A stretch of DNA of 32,000 nt from a cyanobacterium endosymbiont of Braarudosphaera bigelowii (GTDB taxonomy: Bacteria; Cyanobacteriota; Cyanobacteriia; Cyanobacteriales; Microcystaceae), in contig NZ_AP024987.1 of NCBI RefSeq assembly GCF_020885515.1, positions 690,001-722,000 of the forward strand. Reading direction: 5' to 3'. Made by a program: the position numbers and the translations under genes. Below, one piece after another: positions 1-10,125 of this stretch. Every line of letters starts with the position of its first letter. Positions within the stretch are counted from its first letter, which is position 1. The notes below the pieces were generated by a model. That model had not been told where the DNA came from. It did not search any database and saw only the letters and a list, made by a program, of their open reading frames with translations.

Positions 1-41
1 TTTGGTCTCGCCATTCCTGGGTTCGAATCCTAGCACCCCAG
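1..41 (+). tRNA. tRNA-Gln(UUG), 3' portion only (5' half lies outside the window)
   Basis: T-arm CTGGG-TTCGAAT-CCTAG at 17-33, acceptor 3' strand CACCCCA at 34-40, discriminator G41. Counting back with a 5-nt variable loop puts TTG (window 2-4) at anticodon positions 34-36. The 3' end resembles E. coli tRNA-Gln (..UACCCCAG, from memory), including the A72/G73 identity pattern. CCA is not encoded (TCA follows). Confidence 0.7.
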
Positions 42-360
42 TCATATTAATTAACGAAAATTAGCTTTCATATTCATAGATTTTTAAGTATATTAAATAG
101 TAAGAATTATATTAATATTCTTATTATTTAATATTTATTTTTGAGAGAATTAAATTTCTAACAATAATTTAATCTATAAAAAGTAAATTTAATTTGTTAA
201 TATAATTTATTTTTAAATTATATTAATCTAGACTGTAAAATTTTATAATTTAGAAGCTTACTGTACTGTTGAACAATATAGTTGTCATGAAAATTAAGAG
301 ATGTATAGTAAGTAAAGGAAGGTTCCCCGGTATAGGTTTTTGTAAAAAGAAAGGAAATCC

Positions 361-2835
361 ATGGCACAACAGTTAAAGTTTATAAAAACTGGCAAAATTA
401 TTTCAACATCTCTACATACGGAAATGAGACATTCGTACCTAGAGTATGCCATGAGTGTAATTGTAGGAAGAGCTTTGCCAGACGCAAGAGATGGATTAAA
501 ACCTGTTCACCGTCGTATTCTTTATGCCATGCATGAATTAGGTTTAACTCCTGAACGACCTTTTCGTAAATGTGCCCGCGTAGTAGGCGATGTCCTCGGT
601 AAATATCATCCTCATGGTGATCAGGCTGTATATGATGCTCTAGTTCGAATGGTGCAAGAGTTTTCAAGTCGCTACCCTTTGCTTTCGGGACATGGAAATT
701 TTGGCTCTATAGATAATGATCCACCTGCAGCAATGCGTTATACGGAAACTAGGCTTTCCTCTATTGCAAGTTATGGAATGCTTGGAAAAATTAGTGAAAA
801 TATTGTTGATTTCAATAATAATTTTGACAATTCTCAACAAGAACCTATTGTTCTTCCTAGTAAGTTTCCTAACTTACTGGTTAACGGTTGTACAGGCATC
901 GCTGTAGGAATGGCTACTAATATTCCTCCACATAATTTAGGAGAGTTAGTAGATGGATTAATAGCCTTAATAGAGAAACCCGAGCTATCTAATGAAAAAT
1001 TATGGGAAATAATTCCTGGTCCAGATTTCCCCACTGGAGGTGAAATTATTCAAACGGAAGGAATTAGAGATGCTTACCGTGACGGAAAAGGGATAATTAA
1101 AGTTCGTGGAGTAGTTAATATAGAAAAGATCAATGTAGGCAAAAAGAGACGCCAAGAGAGAACAGCATTAATAATAACTGAGCTTCCTTATCAAGTAAAT
1201 AAATCCGCGTGGATTGAAAAAATTGCTGATTTAGTTAATTGTGGACGTCTAGAAGGTTTAGCAGATATTAGAGATGAAAGTGATCGTACCGGAATGAGGG
1301 TGGTAATAGAGTTAAAAAGGGATGCAGTTACTAAATTAGTTCTTAAAGAGTTATATAGAAAAACAGCTTTAGAACATAATTTTGGCGCAATTATGTTGGC
1401 TTTAGTTAATAATCAACCACGAAAACTATCTTTACGTGAGTTGTTGGAAGAATTTTTAAAATTTCGAGAAAATACTTTAACTCGTCAATACGGCAATGAA
1501 TTGAAAAATTGTCAAGATCAGTCACATATTTTAGAAGGATTACTAGTTGCTTTAAAAAACTTAGATAAAGTAATTAATATTTTGTGTGATTCTGGAGATT
1601 CAACGATTGCCAAAGAAAGATTGCAAAAAGAGTTGAATTTGAATGAGAAACAAGCCGATGGCGTTTTAGTAATGCCTATGCGACGATTAACTGGGTTGGA
1701 AAGAAAAAAGATTGAAACAGAATATAAAGAATTACAAGCCAGGATTAATCAGTTAGAAGTTTTATTAAAAAATCGTAAGGAATTTTTAAAAGAATTAAAA
1801 AAAGAACTACGTTCTCTTAAAAATAAATATGGAGATATCCGTCGTACTAAAATTATTCAAAAAGATGCTATACAAACAAACAGTTATGAACCCCAAACAA
1901 TTGATATTCAAAAACAATCAGTATTACAAAATAAAAAGAGAATACCCCGTGAGTCTAAACAATCAAACTTCGTCCCATCCAAAGATTCTATTTTAGAGAT
2001 GACCTACCAGGGTAAAATCGCTTGGAGAATGCCAGAGGATAACGGTTTTAATAATAATTTATTAATCTATAGTGAACCAATAGAGGAAAGAGAACAAATA
2101 ATTGCAATTACAGATACTGGAAAAGCCTATCCCATAAAAGTTTTAGATATTCCTCATATTAATATTCAATCAATTTCTCTAATAGACTTATTACCTAAAA
2201 ATGCACAAAAAGATACTAAAAATATTGTATCTATTTTTTTCTTAGCTAAAAATATTAAAAATCAAAATTTATTTCTTTTAACAAATCAAGGAAAAATAAA
2301 ACGTATTCAAATATCAGAATTAAACGTTTTAACTAACCGAGGATTGTCATTAATGAAATTAAAAAATGATGACTATTTAAAATATATTTCTTTTGTCAAA
2401 GAAGAGGACGAAATTATAATCGCTATATCCAGTGGTCGTCTATTACGTTTTCAGGTAAAAGATCATGAGATTCCTATCATGAATCGAAATACTCAAGGAG
2501 ATCAAGCGTTTAGACTAAGACGAAAAGAAGAAATTGTTGGATGTATCAATCTTAATAAAAATCAAAAGATTTTATTAGTATCGAAGCTAGGTTATGGAAA
2601 GTATTTAGATATATTAGACTTACGTATAACAAAACTAGGAGATATTGGAACGCAAGCTTTAAAATTTATTCACCAATCTGATAGCTTGTCAGGCATAAAA
2701 ATAGTATCAAACGTAAAAAATATCAACATTTTAACTAATCAAAATCGAGCTTTGACTCTGGAAATAAAAGAATTTCAAAATAATAAACAGACAGTTGAAT
2801 TATTTGATGAAGAAGGAATTATTCATATTAATTAA
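361..2835 (+). CDS. gyrA: DNA gyrase / topoisomerase IV subunit A family protein (824 aa)
   Basis: ATG start preceded by AAAGGAAA. N-terminal hallmarks [33 protein letters not shown], catalytic-Tyr motif AAMRYTE and [15 protein letters not shown]. The C-terminal part has about six repeated beta-pinwheel-like blades (e.g. [24 protein letters not shown]). No QRRGGKG-type GyrA box is visible, so true gyrase versus ParC-like paralogue is unresolved. Confidence 0.85.
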   Translation: MAQQLKFIKTGKIISTSLHTEMRHSYLEYAMSVIVGRALPDARDGLKPVHRRILYAMHELGLTPERPFRKCARVVGDVLGKYHPHGDQAVYDALVRMVQEFSSRYPLLSGHGNFGSIDNDPPAAMRYTETRLSSIASYGMLGKISENIVDFNNNFDNSQQEPIVLPSKFPNLLVNGCTGIAVGMATNIPPHNLGELVDGLIALIEKPELSNEKLWEIIPGPDFPTGGEIIQTEGIRDAYRDGKGIIKVRGVVNIEKINVGKKRRQERTALIITELPYQVNKSAWIEKIADLVNCGRLEGLADIRDESDRTGMRVVIELKRDAVTKLVLKELYRKTALEHNFGAIMLALVNNQPRKLSLRELLEEFLKFRENTLTRQYGNELKNCQDQSHILEGLLVALKNLDKVINILCDSGDSTIAKERLQKELNLNEKQADGVLVMPMRRLTGLERKKIETEYKELQARINQLEVLLKNRKEFLKELKKELRSLKNKYGDIRRTKIIQKDAIQTNSYEPQTIDIQKQSVLQNKKRIPRESKQSNFVPSKDSILEMTYQGKIAWRMPEDNGFNNNLLIYSEPIEEREQIIAITDTGKAYPIKVLDIPHINIQSISLIDLLPKNAQKDTKNIVSIFFLAKNIKNQNLFLLTNQGKIKRIQISELNVLTNRGLSLMKLKNDDYLKYISFVKEEDEIIIAISSGRLLRFQVKDHEIPIMNRNTQGDQAFRLRRKEEIVGCINLNKNQKILLVSKLGYGKYLDILDLRITKLGDIGTQALKFIHQSDSLSGIKIVSNVKNINILTNQNRALTLEIKEFQNNKQTVELFDEEGIIHIN

Positions 2836-2888
2836 TTTTCATGTAAAACAGAGATTAGTTAAAGTTATAAAGATTAATCAATTTAATT

Positions 2889-2910
2889 TGACAGGACTAT
2901 TAATCTGTCA
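2889..2910 (+). terminator. Candidate intrinsic terminator downstream of gyrA
   Basis: TGACAG (2889-2894) pairs with CTGTCA (2905-2910) around a 10-nt loop. It is followed by the T-rich tract tatattatcattttattttt and starts 54 nt after the gyrA stop. The stem is short. Confidence 0.3.
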
Positions 2911-3237
2911 TATATTATCATTTTATTTTTGAATTAAATGAGATAATAAATAGCTATAATCATTTCTTATGGTTATAGAATTAATTTTTCACCTAAACCA
3001 AGTTTTGTAGTATTTGAACTGAATTTCAAAATTTGGTTTAAATTACTATTTGATTTAGATTATTAAGATGTAAAAAACTAATCGTCTATCAAACTAAAAT
3101 TTGATAAAATTTATGAGTTTATAAAAAATAAATCATATATATCTAATTATTATAAATCTATAAAATTAAGATATGTCTTCGGGCTTGTATGATACCATTG
3201 TAAGTACTATTTTGAAATTATATTTAAAATTATTAAT

Positions 3238-3873
3238 ATGACTCTTCAACTTGGAGATATTGCGCCCGACTTTTCCCAAAATTCTAGTGAAGGACCTATT
3301 TCTTTTCACCAGTGGGCTGGTGAAAAATGGGTAGTTCTTTTTTCACATCCTGCTGACTATACTCCTGTATGTACTACGGAATTGGGTATGGTTGCTAACT
3401 TGAAATCAGAATTTGAAAAACGTAATGTTAAAATTTTAGCTTTAAGTATAGATGATGTAGATTCTCATCAGGGGTGGATAAGTGACATTAATGAGACTCA
3501 AAATACTACTGTAAATTATCCTATTGTAGCTGACTCTGATTCCAAAGTAGCTAACTTATATGGGATGATTCATCCTAAATCTTTGAATAGACTTACAGTT
3601 CGTTCTGTATTTATTATTGATCCCAATAAAAAGGTTCGGTTGATCTTGACTTATCCTGCCAGTACAGGAAGAAATTTTGATGAAATCTTGAGAGTTATTG
3701 ATTCTTTACAGTTAACCGACTATTATCAAGTAGCAACTCCCGCTAACTGGAAAGATGGTGATAGCTGTGTTGTTGTACCTTCTATCTCTACTGAGGAAGC
3801 TAAGCAAAAGTTTCCAAAAGGTATAACTGAAGTAAAACCTTATCTACGTATGACTCCTCAGCCAAATAAATAA
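3238..3873 (+). CDS. 1-Cys peroxiredoxin (Prx6-type thiol peroxidase, 211 aa)
   Basis: ATG start. Peroxidatic-Cys motif HPADYTPVCTTELG, the length and the C-terminal extension are typical of the 1-Cys Prx subfamily. No resolving Cys motif is evident. Confidence 0.85.
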   Translation: MTLQLGDIAPDFSQNSSEGPISFHQWAGEKWVVLFSHPADYTPVCTTELGMVANLKSEFEKRNVKILALSIDDVDSHQGWISDINETQNTTVNYPIVADSDSKVANLYGMIHPKSLNRLTVRSVFIIDPNKKVRLILTYPASTGRNFDEILRVIDSLQLTDYYQVATPANWKDGDSCVVVPSISTEEAKQKFPKGITEVKPYLRMTPQPNK

Positions 3874-3897
3874 ACATTAAATTAGTTGCTAAACTTT

Positions 3898-3955
3898 TTA
3901 ATTATTAAACAGGGACAATATTTCAGTTAAGATGTTTTCCCTGTTTAATAATTAA
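3898..3955 (+). terminator. Perfect 18-bp stem-loop between the peroxiredoxin gene and rpmB
   Basis: TTAATTATTAAACAGGGA (3898-3915) is the exact reverse complement of TCCCTGTTTAATAATTAA (3938-3955), with a 22-nt loop. It starts 25 nt after the prx stop. There is no U-tract. Confidence 0.45.
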
Positions 3956-4073
3956 GATATAAATCATGCAAGCAATTCATTCATCTTCTCAAAAATTAAT
4001 TTATATATATGAATATTTAGATAAATATTGCTATAATGATAGTTTATATTATGTACTAATTGAGAGTTTTAGA

Positions 4074-4310
4074 ATGTCTAGAAAATGTCAATTAACTGGG
4101 AAAAAAGCGAATAACGGTTTTGCTGTCTCACATTCTCATCGCCGCACAAAGAAATTACAAGAAGTAAATTTACAATGGAAAAGAATTTGGTGGGCAGAAG
4201 GTAATCGTTGGATAAAACTACGTCTTTCCACAAAAGCTATTAAGACTTTAGAGAAAAAAGGTTTACATCTCATGGCTAAAGAAGCAGGAATTAATCTAAA
4301 TAAGCTTTAA
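4074..4310 (+). CDS. rpmB: 50S ribosomal protein L28 (78 aa)
   Basis: [34 protein letters not shown] is the canonical L28 N-terminus. The track ORF (3966..4310) carries a 36-codon AT-rich upstream extension, and the internal ATG at 4074 restores normal L28 length. Confidence 0.9.
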   Translation: MSRKCQLTGKKANNGFAVSHSHRRTKKLQEVNLQWKRIWWAEGNRWIKLRLSTKAIKTLEKKGLHLMAKEAGINLNKL

Positions 4311-4351
4311 GTTGTTAATAATTTAATTAAGCAAAGAATAGTTATTATATT

Positions 4352-4389
4352 GAGATGGTAAAAACAATATTTAAACTTTTACCAATCTC
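4352..4389 (+). terminator. Candidate terminator downstream of rpmB
   Basis: GAGAT-GGTAAAA (4352-4363) pairs with TTTTACC-A-ATCTC (4377-4389): 12 bp with one bulged A and a 13-nt loop. It lies 42 nt after the rpmB stop. Confidence 0.3.
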
Positions 4390-4680
4390 CCCCATTATTA
4401 GATTTTGAAGTTTTAAAAAATGATGTTAATAAAAAGTTATAAAATTTCTTCTTAGGTAACAAGATAAAGAAATCTAAATATTTGAAATAGTCAAATATTG
4501 ATTATTTATACTTTAGATACTCAAATTGATGCCTTTTAGTGTTTAAGGTTATTAACCTTTTAAGGAAAATAATATTCCAAATTTGCAATATAAAGCTAAT
4601 AATAAGTAAACTATTTTCAATTTTTAGACAAAAATTATATTAAAATATTTTTCTAATATAGAAAATTAATATATTTAACT

Positions 4681-5616
4681 ATGTTATTCATTAAGAAAAA
4701 ATTAAAATGGGTTTTTCTTATATTATCATTCTTAGTAATTAGAATAATCTTAAGAGATAGTTGGCAAGATATTCAAAATATTCATATAAGATCTAATGGC
4801 TATCTATTTTTACTTTCATCTCTGTTGATAACTTTTTTTTCTCATATTTGGTCAGGAATTTTTTGGGTCTATATACTTAAAAGTTGTCAACAATCTATAA
4901 AAACCAGCTTAGGTTTAAAAATTTACCTGATTACTAATGTATATAAATATTTACCAGGAAATATAGGTCACTTCTTGAAACGAGTCCATGAGCTTCAGAA
5001 ACTTGGCTTTTCTGTGTCAATTGTTAGTATAGCTATTATTTTAGAGCCATGTCTGATGATTGTATCTGCTCTGTTAATTACATTATTAACTTACATCGTA
5101 GATTCCACAAGAATAATTATAAATACTAACATAGTATTCTTGTATCTCATGTTAATTATCATTATTTTAATTATTGTTCATCCATTTTTTTTAAATAAAA
5201 TAGTTATTTATCTATCTAAGAAAAAATATAAGATTTTAGAAAACAAGAGCGCTAATTATATTAGACAATATCCAGGATTAATAATATTAGGAGAAGTAGT
5301 ATTTATTTTACTTAAAGCACAAGGCTTTATTTTAGCTTTAATGTCATTTATACCAGTATCATTAGATAATTTTTTAACGTTAATTGGCTCTTTCAGTTTT
5401 GCTTGGCTGTTAGGTTTAATTACTCCAGGTGCACCTGGAGGAATAGGTATATTTGAGGTCACAGTTCTGCAAATGCTTCAGTCATCTTTTCTTGATACAG
5501 AAATCATCTTAGCCACTGTAGCTATCTTTAGAATAATTAATATTCTAGCTGAAGTATCAGGAATGTGTCTAGGATATCTCATTAATAACAATTCTCTGAA
5601 AAAAATATACAAATAA
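4681..5616 (+). CDS. Polytopic membrane protein, UPF0104 / lysylphosphatidylglycerol-synthase-TM-like (flippase-like) family (311 aa)
   Basis: About 8 hydrophobic segments. The PGAPGGIGIFE motif near the C-terminus and the YLPGNIGHF motif are, from memory, typical of this family. Function unknown. Confidence 0.6.
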   Translation: MLFIKKKLKWVFLILSFLVIRIILRDSWQDIQNIHIRSNGYLFLLSSLLITFFSHIWSGIFWVYILKSCQQSIKTSLGLKIYLITNVYKYLPGNIGHFLKRVHELQKLGFSVSIVSIAIILEPCLMIVSALLITLLTYIVDSTRIIINTNIVFLYLMLIIIILIIVHPFFLNKIVIYLSKKKYKILENKSANYIRQYPGLIILGEVVFILLKAQGFILALMSFIPVSLDNFLTLIGSFSFAWLLGLITPGAPGGIGIFEVTVLQMLQSSFLDTEIILATVAIFRIINILAEVSGMCLGYLINNNSLKKIYK

Positions 5617-5796
5617 GCTTAGTAATGAGTTTGCCTACATTTCCTAATGTTCAAATTGTTAGTTAATATATATATGATGTTAATTTACAATAAGCATTGT
5701 TTTTTACACATAATACTACTGGTATAGGAATACCGTTTGTGAAAATATTTTGAGCTTGAACCTAAAAAAAACAAAACATCGAAGGCATTGCTAATT

Positions 5797-6279
5797 TTAT
5801 TTTTTTGATTTTAAAATGAAGTGTTGTATATCTTCTTGTATGTGTCCAATAACTTTTTTCATAGCTGGCTTTAAATTAGAACTAATTTCTACTCCGAAGC
5901 CCAAATCTTTTACCTGGATAAGATATACAATAATATCTTTAGGAAATTCTTCCTTAAATATTTTTTTACCTACTGCTAAAGCGTTGTCCCATCTAAAATC
6001 ATGCAAGCTATTGCTAGGTTCGGGTAACTCTTCTAATTCTTCTCCAGGAACTTTATAAATAGTTCCTGGAGAAGAGTTTATTGAACAAGCATCTATAATA
6101 ATTAATTTTTGACTACCTTTTGCTTGAAACATAACCTCCATACCTGAGGTTCCGCAATCAAAAATATTAATCTTAGAAAAAAAAAATTTTTTACATTTTT
6201 TTTGTAGCTTCTGAGCAATAATTGCCCCTATAGCATCATCACAACGATTTAAATTACCACAACCAATAATTGTTAACAT
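5797..6279 (-). CDS. hupW: [NiFe]-hydrogenase maturation endopeptidase (HupW/HoxW/HybD family, 160 aa)
   Basis: ATG start. N-terminal IIGCGNLNRCDDAIG, central IIIDA and SLHDF motifs match the metal-ligand pattern (Asp, Asp, His) of hydrogenase C-terminal processing proteases. HupW versus HoxW cannot be decided from this window. Confidence 0.8.
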   Translation of the reverse strand: MLTIIGCGNLNRCDDAIGAIIAQKLQKKCKKFFFSKINIFDCGTSGMEVMFQAKGSQKLIIIDACSINSSPGTIYKVPGEELEELPEPSNSLHDFRWDNALAVGKKIFKEEFPKDIIVYLIQVKDLGFGVEISSNLKPAMKKVIGHIQEDIQHFILKSKK

Positions 6280-6301
6280 TCTAAAACTAAATTTATAAAC
6301 A

Positions 6302-7366
6302 TTAGATACTAAGGACTTCTGCTAGCGCATCAAGAAGTTTTTTATTATCTTGATGTTCACGTACTGCAACTCTAAAATATTTATCACCTAACTCATCAAA
6401 ATTTGAACAATCACGAATTAAAATATGATATTTCTGCAATAACTTTTGTTGTAATTTAGAGCTTTCCATTAATGTTTCTACTAGAAAAAAATTGACCGAA
6501 CTTGATATTGGATTTAAGCCTTTTATTTTTGATAAACCTTGGAATAACTTTTCACGATTAAACAAAAGCCATTGTCTAGTACTATTTGTAAATTCTTCGT
6601 CATTAATTGCTGCAATTCCTGCAACAACGGCTAAATAATTTACACACCAGGGATCTCGCCAAGTTTGCCATTTCTTTAGACGATCAGGGTGGGAAATTGC
6701 ATATCCTAATCGTAACCCAGGAATACTGTAAAATTTTGTCAGAGAACGCAAAATTATCAAATTAGAATATTTCGATACCCAAGATACTAAACTTTCTTGT
6801 TGGAAAGGATCAATAAAATCCATAAATGCTTCATCTACTACGACTAAAGATAACTCTTCTAGTAAATGTATAAAAAACTCTTTCTTTAATAACTTACCTG
6901 TTGGATTGTGAGGGTTGTTAATAATAACTCCTGATTTTTCCCCTTGAAAATCATTAAGAGTAGCTATAGGATTATCTTGATGCCACAAAAAATCAAGTGA
7001 TTTAACATTTGCTTGAAATGTTTTTAAGGCTCTTAAATAATCATGAAAAAAAGGTTTAAAAATGTATACTATTTCTTTTTGTGCCAGTTCACGTCCTGCC
7101 CAAGTTAATAATTCAGCAACACCATTTCCGATAAGAATCCATTCAGGAGATAATTGGTAATACTGAGCTAAAACTTCTCTTAACTCTGTATAGTTTGGGT
7201 CAGGATAATGATTAATATTTTGTAGTAAGGTTTGAATTGCATTCAACACACTCTGTGGTGGACCAATTGGATTTATACTGGCAGAAAAATCTAATATAGA
7301 AGAAGTAGGACAACCAACTTGATAGGCTGCCCAGAATAAATTTCCTCCATGAACGGGACGTTCCAT
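6302..7366 (-). CDS. cobD: L-threonine-O-3-phosphate decarboxylase (cobalamin biosynthesis, class I/II aminotransferase fold, 354 aa)
   Basis: N-terminal HGGN motif followed by ILDFSASINPIGPP, then NNPHNPTG and a SLTKFYSIPGLRLGY PLP-lysine region. This matches the CobD pattern rather than HisC, but family-level discrimination needs an alignment. Confidence 0.72.
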   Translation of the reverse strand: MERPVHGGNLFWAAYQVGCPTSSILDFSASINPIGPPQSVLNAIQTLLQNINHYPDPNYTELREVLAQYYQLSPEWILIGNGVAELLTWAGRELAQKEIVYIFKPFFHDYLRALKTFQANVKSLDFLWHQDNPIATLNDFQGEKSGVIINNPHNPTGKLLKKEFFIHLLEELSLVVVDEAFMDFIDPFQQESLVSWVSKYSNLIILRSLTKFYSIPGLRLGYAISHPDRLKKWQTWRDPWCVNYLAVVAGIAAINDEEFTNSTRQWLLFNREKLFQGLSKIKGLNPISSSVNFFLVETLMESSKLQQKLLQKYHILIRDCSNFDELGDKYFRVAVREHQDNKKLLDALAEVLSI

Positions 7367-7384
7367 ATTTATAAAAAATAATAA

Positions 7385-7666
7385 CTAGTCTTTAAGAGCA
7401 ACTTTTTCTTTAAAAAGTTTTCCAGCCGAAAATGCAGGTACCTTAGTTGCAGGAATACTCATTTTTTCGTTAGTTTTTGGATTACGTCCTTCTCTAGCTT
7501 TACGATCACGAGCTTCAAAAGATCCGAAGCCTACTAAAGTTACTTTATCATCTCCTGCGACTGCCTCCATGATAGTCTCAATCGTAGCACTAATGACACT
7601 ATCTGCTTGTTTTTTAGTAACATCAATTTTACTTGCTACTTTATCGATCAGTTCCCCTTTATTCAT
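7385..7666 (-). CDS. hup: Nucleoid-associated DNA-binding protein HU (93 aa)
   Basis: MNKGELIDKVA..., GFGSFEARDRKAREGRNPKT and the IPATKVPAFSAGK arm motif are canonical HU/IHF family. GGGAGA Shine-Dalgarno 8 nt upstream. Confidence 0.93.
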   Translation of the reverse strand: MNKGELIDKVASKIDVTKKQADSVISATIETIMEAVAGDDKVTLVGFGSFEARDRKAREGRNPKTNEKMSIPATKVPAFSAGKLFKEKVALKD

Positions 7667-7713
7667 TTGGTAATCTCCCAGTTTGACGTTTTTACACTAA
7701 TTTATTTTTTGAC

Positions 7714-7741
7714 ATCATACCAAGAAATATATCGTTTGCAA
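7714..7741 (-). promoter_or_regulatory. Candidate sigma70-type promoter for the HU gene
   Basis: On the minus strand: TTGCAA (7741-7736), 16-nt spacer, TATGAT (7719-7714). This predicts a ~40-nt leader ending in the GGGAGA SD. Sequence inspection only. Confidence 0.4.
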
Positions 7742-7876
7742 GTCATTTAGCAAAATTAAATTGTTAAATCCTAATAGAAGACTTGATTTTTAAAACATTA
7801 TACTGACTTATCCCACTGAAAATAATCAGATTAAACTAAGAAATAATATTGGTAGGTTAATTGTTTCAGATCTAAT

Positions 7877-7944
7877 ATCTTTAGATTTCTACTGAGAAGT
7901 AGTAGAAATCTAATCTTACTACTTCTCAGTAGAAATCTAAAGAT
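7877..7944 (-). terminator. Perfect 28-bp stem-loop immediately 3' of dxs, containing an internal 13-nt duplication
   Basis: 7877-7904 is the exact reverse complement of 7917-7944, with a 12-nt loop. It starts 14 nt after the dxs stop codon and lies ~210 nt upstream of the HU gene. AGTAGAAATCTAA occurs twice (7901-7913 and 7928-7940). Confidence 0.55.
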
Positions 7945-7958
7945 GTAATTTACAATAT

Positions 7959-9869
7959 TTAGTTAATCATTGATGGTTGCAGAGAATTAAAAAAGGTTTT
8001 TCTAATTTTTTCAGCAATTTGAGGACTAGTCAATTGTAAATCTGCTTTTGATTCGTCAGGAGTGGCATGATCAACTAATTGATCAGGAATCCCGATTCTT
8101 TTAATTGGAACTACAATATTAAGATCTGTCAAAGCCTCAATGACAGCTGATCCAAATCCACCCATCAAACAACCTTCTTCTAGAGTAACTACTTTACCAA
8201 TACTTTTAGCCAATGGCGCAATTAAATCAATATCTAAAGGCTTAACAAAACGTGCATTAATAACAGTTGCCTCAACACCGTGCTCTTTAAGAATTTCAGC
8301 TACTTGTAGTGATTGATAAACCATAGTTCCATATGCTACTAGTAGAATATCATCACCACTACGAAGAATTTCTCCCTGACCAATAGGAATAGATTCCCAA
8401 CCTTCTTCCATTAGAGGTACCCCAATACCACTACCGCGAGGGAAACGCATAGCAATAGGTCCTGAGATATGATTAATACCTGTAACCACCATTCGCTGCA
8501 GTTCTGCTTCGTCTTTAGGAGCCATTATTGTCATATTTGGTATACAACGTAAATAAGCTATGTCATATAAACCTTGATGAGTAGGTCCATCAGCTCCGAC
8601 AATACCTGCTCTATCTAGACAGAAAAATACGGGAAGATTTTGAATACCAACATCATGCAAGACCTGATCATATGCTCGCTGCAAAAAAGTTGAATAAATT
8701 GCAACCAGGGGACGTACTCCTTCACAAGCTAATCCAGCAGCTAAAGTAACTGCATGTTGTTCGGCAATACCAACATCAATATATTGTTCTGGTAGTTTTG
8801 CTTGAAGCTTATCTAAACCAGTTCCTGTAGCCATTGCGGCAGTAATACCAATAATTTTTGAATTATTTTGAGCTAAAGTTGTCAAAGTATGTGCAAAAAC
8901 TTTGGAATAACTAGGAGGTTTAGGAGTATTAGAAGGTATTGCTTTCCCTGTAGCAAGACTGAATGGACTTTGAGCATGATAGCCAACCTGATCCTTTTCC
9001 GCAATTTCATAGCCTTTACCTTTAATGGTAGATACATGTACGAAGACAGGGCCAGTAGCTTTATGTGCTTGCTTGAAAGTAGAAATTAATTCTTCTATAT
9101 TGTGGCCATCAATAGGTCCAAAATATTTAAAGCCTAGTTCTTCAATAACTGCACCAACTTTAGGCATTGCTAAGCGTTTTACACCTTCTCTTAGCCTTTC
9201 CATTTCAGGAGTTAAAGAATCACCAAAAAAAGGCAAATGTTTAAATTGTTCTTCAATATTGTCTGAAATAAATTGGACAGGATCACTTAACCGAACTTTA
9301 TTGAGATAGCGAGAAATAGCTCCAACGTTAGGTGAAATAGACATTTCATTGTCGTTCAGGACAACCATAAGATTAGTATTGGGAAGATGGCCAGCATGGT
9401 TAATAGCTTCTAAAGCCATTCCACCGGTCAAGGCTCCATCACCAATGATAGATACCACCTTATAGTTTTCACCTTTATTATCTCTAGCTATAGCCATTCC
9501 AAGACCCGCAGAAATGCTTGTAGAAGCGTGTCCACCTCCAAAATGGTCAAATCGACTTTCACATCTTTTTAAATATCCAGCAATACCATTTTTTTGGCGT
9601 AGAGTATGAAAGCTGTGATAGCGACCAGTTAAAATTTTATGAGGATAGGCCTGATGCCCTACATCCCATATAACTTTGTCTTGATCTAGATCAAGGGTCT
9701 GATAAAGTGCAATAGTCAACTCTACAACTCCTAATCCTGGCCCAAGATGTCCTCCACTGGCTGCAATAGTTTGTAAATGTTTTTCTCTAATTTGACGGGC
9801 AACGTCTTCTAATTGACGAACTGGTAGCCCGTGTAACTGGTTAGGATGAGTAATATCACTTAAATTCAT
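7959..9869 (-). CDS. dxs: 1-deoxy-D-xylulose-5-phosphate synthase (636 aa)
   Basis: Full-length match to the Dxs pattern: [29 protein letters not shown] motif [15 protein letters not shown]-like ([19 protein letters not shown]) and the [15 protein letters not shown] transketolase-like domain. Confidence 0.96.
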   Translation of the reverse strand: MNLSDITHPNQLHGLPVRQLEDVARQIREKHLQTIAASGGHLGPGLGVVELTIALYQTLDLDQDKVIWDVGHQAYPHKILTGRYHSFHTLRQKNGIAGYLKRCESRFDHFGGGHASTSISAGLGMAIARDNKGENYKVVSIIGDGALTGGMALEAINHAGHLPNTNLMVVLNDNEMSISPNVGAISRYLNKVRLSDPVQFISDNIEEQFKHLPFFGDSLTPEMERLREGVKRLAMPKVGAVIEELGFKYFGPIDGHNIEELISTFKQAHKATGPVFVHVSTIKGKGYEIAEKDQVGYHAQSPFSLATGKAIPSNTPKPPSYSKVFAHTLTTLAQNNSKIIGITAAMATGTGLDKLQAKLPEQYIDVGIAEQHAVTLAAGLACEGVRPLVAIYSTFLQRAYDQVLHDVGIQNLPVFFCLDRAGIVGADGPTHQGLYDIAYLRCIPNMTIMAPKDEAELQRMVVTGINHISGPIAMRFPRGSGIGVPLMEEGWESIPIGQGEILRSGDDILLVAYGTMVYQSLQVAEILKEHGVEATVINARFVKPLDIDLIAPLAKSIGKVVTLEEGCLMGGFGSAVIEALTDLNIVVPIKRIGIPDQLVDHATPDESKADLQLTSPQIAEKIRKTFFNSLQPSMIN

Positions 9870-9887
9870 AATGGTTTACTTTATACC

Positions 9888-9931
9888 ATCTTGATTTGGT
9901 TGTTATGTTATCTTGATTTGATTGTTATATC
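9888..9931. repeat. Tandem direct duplication, 2 x 22 nt (19/22 identical), in the dxs leader/promoter region
   Basis: ATCTTGATTTGGTTGTTATGTT (9888-9909) is followed directly by ATCTTGATTTGATTGTTATATC (9910-9931). The repeat begins 18 nt upstream of the dxs ATG (minus strand). Confidence 0.6.
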
Positions 9932-10044
9932 AAATAATAAAATCTCTCTTAGATATAGTAACTTCTATTATTTGTATTTAACTTATTTTTTTAATCAATT
10001 AAATTTATTTTTTCTATATTAAAGGTTATTAAATTTACCAGCAT

Positions 10045-10125
10045 TCATTAATATAAATATATTTGCCCTATTTGTCATATATAATTATTAACCAGATAAA
10101 GTTTAAAAAATATTTATATTAATGA
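10045..10125. repeat. 16-bp perfect inverted repeat with a 49-nt spacer in the divergent dxs/ftrC intergenic region
   Basis: TCATTAATATAAATAT (10045-10060) versus ATATTTATATTAATGA (10110-10125). Nearly pure A/T, so only marginally above chance. Confidence 0.3.

Noticed and set aside
197-226. 13-bp A/T-only hairpin (TTAATATAATTTA / TAAATTATATTAA) downstream of the tRNA
   Set aside because: It consists only of A/T pairs in a ~15% G+C spacer and has low thermodynamic stability. It is within what chance produces here.
3966-4073. 36-codon N-terminal extension of the rpmB ORF
   Set aside because: It is AT-rich and Y/I/K-rich and has no counterpart in L28. The internal ATG at 4074 gives the canonical [11 protein letters not shown] start and normal length.
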